Assembly (NCBI GenBank): GCA_963675755.2
Contig: CAXXMD010000003.1
Location: 2,016,001-2,080,000 of the forward strand
Direction of reading: 5' to 3'
DNA: 64,000 nucleotides
DNA from: a bacterium
GTDB taxonomy: Bacteria > Zhuqueibacterota > Zhuqueibacteria > Residuimicrobiales > Krinioviventaceae
Within the stretch, counting starts at the first letter, position 1. Every line of letters starts with the position of its first letter. A model generated the notes under the pieces. That model worked only from the letters and a program-made list of their open reading frames with translations, made no database searches and was not told the origin of the DNA. Of this stretch, positions 62,029-64,000 are shown piece by piece. The position numbers were made by a program, and so were the translations under genes.

Positions 62029-63579
62029 TCAGATTATTTGTATTGTATCACGAGTGTTTTGCTGCCAGTTCACAATTCTGTCAGTCAAATCATTAATAAT
62101 ATCATTATGCTGCCCAGAGTCAAACAGGTTTATGGTCTCGTATGGATCTTTATCAAGATTGAATAGCTGGTTTTTATCTTTATCGCTCAAGCAGAGTTTC
62201 CAACCGTTTTGGGTTATAACCGTACGTATGCTGGCATTGTGAGCATTCAGTTGTTCGCTTTCAGGAACATTATTGACCATTCGTGACGGTTTGCCTGTTG
62301 GAGGATTCCATTCAATAAATATATCATTTTCTAAATTACGGTTCTCCCGCATGTTGGGTAAAAGACTCTTCCCGGGCAAATCTGAACGATTTTTACCCTG
62401 CATTAATTCCAGCAACGTGGGAACAAGGTCTATATGGCTTGCCCTGTTTTTAATAATTTTTTGGCTTTTGCCCAATTGAGGAACACGCATAAGCCAGGGC
62501 ACTCTTACCGATTCTTCATACATTACGGTTTTAGCTAATAGATTGTGTGAACCCATCATATCTCCGTGGTCACTGGTATATACCACAATAGTATTATCTG
62601 CCAGTCCCAGGTTTTCAAGATGGTCAAGAATAGCGCCCACGCTGAGATCGACCTGTGTTACCAGGCCCCAATAGTTTGCAATCAACCTGCGCCAACCGGC
62701 TTCAGTACTTAGATCATTATTGTCATAACCATTGGTTCTATAGTATTCTCTCAGCAATCTATAACGCAAGGGTTCGTTTTCTTCAAGAGGGTCCCAGAAA
62801 TTCTTTGGTAATTCAATATCAGACACATGATGTTCATAATCCAGCGGCCCAAAGAAAGGCATATGCGGTTCAAGAAAATTGATATACAGCATAAACGGAT
62901 CGTTCTGGTGCCGGTTTAGAAACTTAATGGCCTGAGATTCGAGGAATTTGGGTTTACAATGATCAAGGGGCAGTTTTGCCGCAAAACTCCGGCTAAAATC
63001 ATCCCGACTGGTATTGGGTTTATAATCCAGAGATTTAAGATACTGGCAATAATCACTTTTCTGGCCTTTGTCACGAGTTTCGCTATAATATTTCCAATAG
63101 CCGTCTTCTATACTTTTCCATTCTTCAAAACCATGTTGGGCGAAAACTTCATCACCCAGGTGCCATTTGCCAAAATAACCGGTGCGATAATCGGGGTCAT
63201 CAATTAATTCCGGGAAACATGGGGTAGTTTCAGGTAATGGGATGTTGTTCTGAGTGCAGGTATTGTTGTGCGGCCACAGACCTGTCATAACGGTTGAACG
63301 GGAAGGGGTGCAAACCGGTTGGCTAATATAGGCGTTCTTGAAAACCACACTTTCGCTCGCCAATGCATTCAGGTTTGGCGCATGGATACGTCTGTTACCA
63401 TATACTGCCATTGTGTCGGCGCGTTGTTCGTCTGTCCAGATAAACAGCAGATTTGGTTTTTCTTTACGACTTGCGCAGTGGACAAAGGGTGCCCCAATGG
63501 CCGCGGCCGATGAGGTTTTAATAAAGTCCCTGCGAGATATACTACCATTGGTATTGAATGACATTATATCTGCTCCCAT
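62029..63579 (-). CDS. Sulfatase (formylglycine-dependent), Tat-exported
   Basis: SRRDFIK Tat motif, PNLLFIWTDEQR, CTPSR (CxPxR), GKWHLG, PH.P, TSDHG, YEESVRVP, LFNL..DPYE..NL. Confidence 0.95.
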   Translation of the reverse strand: MGADIMSFNTNGSISRRDFIKTSSAAAIGAPFVHCASRKEKPNLLFIWTDEQRADTMAVYGNRRIHAPNLNALASESVVFKNAYISQPVCTPSRSTVMTGLWPHNNTCTQNNIPLPETTPCFPELIDDPDYRTGYFGKWHLGDEVFAQHGFEEWKSIEDGYWKYYSETRDKGQKSDYCQYLKSLDYKPNTSRDDFSRSFAAKLPLDHCKPKFLESQAIKFLNRHQNDPFMLYINFLEPHMPFFGPLDYEHHVSDIELPKNFWDPLEENEPLRYRLLREYYRTNGYDNNDLSTEAGWRRLIANYWGLVTQVDLSVGAILDHLENLGLADNTIVVYTSDHGDMMGSHNLLAKTVMYEESVRVPWLMRVPQLGKSQKIIKNRASHIDLVPTLLELMQGKNRSDLPGKSLLPNMRENRNLENDIFIEWNPPTGKPSRMVNNVPESEQLNAHNASIRTVITQNGWKLCLSDKDKNQLFNLDKDPYETINLFDSGQHNDIINDLTDRIVNWQQNTRDTIQII

Positions 63580-63635
63580 TTTTATTTTTATAAGATAACA
63601 AAACTTGACATTTGATCAAATGAAATCTTTTTTTC

Positions 63636-63664
63636 TTGACTTTACTATCGTAATACTTTATTAT
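63636..63664 (+). promoter_or_regulatory. Putative sigma-70 promoter for the last gene
   Basis: TTGACT-17 nt-TATTAT, 27 nt before ATG 63692. Confidence 0.5.
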
Positions 63665-63691
63665 TACAACGTGATCTAATTCAAGGCAAAT

Positions 63692-64000
63692 ATGAGATTT
63701 TATACCCGATTTGTTATCCTACTGTTTTTCCTAATCAGCTGTCAACAATACAAGACCACTACTCCTGTTCCGGTGATGGCTTTGTTGAATTCTGAACAAA
63801 AAAAAATAGAAAATACGCAACTGATAGAATTGCAGCAAGCGGGTTTTAATATTGTTGCAACGCCATTTGTGGGACTGGAGCAAAATTTTCAATGGTTAGC
63901 GTTGGCAGATTCGTTGGGCTTAAAACTGGTTCTTGCGGACCAGCGAATTGATCAGTTTATGCAAAATCCGCAAAAACAAGAAATGCTGGATAGTATGATA
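63692..64000 (+). CDS. Lipoprotein, possibly glycoside-hydrolase-like (3' partial; absent from the ORF track)
   Basis: Open frame to window end: MRFYTRFVILLFFLISC (lipobox) ...LQQAGFNIV...LALADSLGLKLVL.D, resembling the first strands and helices of a TIM barrel. Confidence 0.65.
   Translation, partial: MRFYTRFVILLFFLISCQQYKTTTPVPVMALLNSEQKKIENTQLIELQQAGFNIVATPFVGLEQNFQWLALADSLGLKLVLADQRIDQFMQNPQKQEMLDSMI

Overview
This 64 kb window is AT-rich bacterial core chromosome with no transposase, integrase, prophage or CRISPR array. A Por/T9SS-type C-terminal sorting domain with FlgD-Ig, a GWxTD protein, a DUF4835-like protein and the lysS insertion suggest an FCB-associated lineage such as KSB1 or Calditrichota (inference). 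Content in order: a T9SS-type cargo gene with two lipoproteins, SUI1, smc, GWxTD, glgC, hflKC, an SDR / FAD-oxidoreductase / hypothetical trio carrying two single-base frameshifts about 215 bp apart, a ccmF-X-Y-ccmABCD cluster without ccmE/G/H, prfB (programmed +1 frameshift)-alr-lysS-lolC/E-lolD, clpC, a DUF4835 / barrel / HhH-barrel locus, pepT, a hybrid kinase, YdcF, a DAACS symporter, ClC with PTS-IIA, and nqrABCDEF followed by two hemerythrins, a CBS protein, apbE and an NqrM-like gene. After that come an MCP, tRNA-Lys, an orphan pgsB/capB, an HMA protein, rluD, a GH-like protein and a sulfatase. The best candidate for an undescribed system is the three-gene minus-strand unit at 55034-59441. 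It encodes an Omp85-type barrel whose POTRA domains appear replaced by a bactofilin-like beta-helix, a toast-rack/LiaF-like beta-solenoid, and an exported protein with four tandem copies of an unnamed DYGW-KNR-DDSH domain. It is preceded by a sigma-54 -24/-12 motif and two identical 23-bp repeats. All family calls come from motif recognition; no database searches were run.
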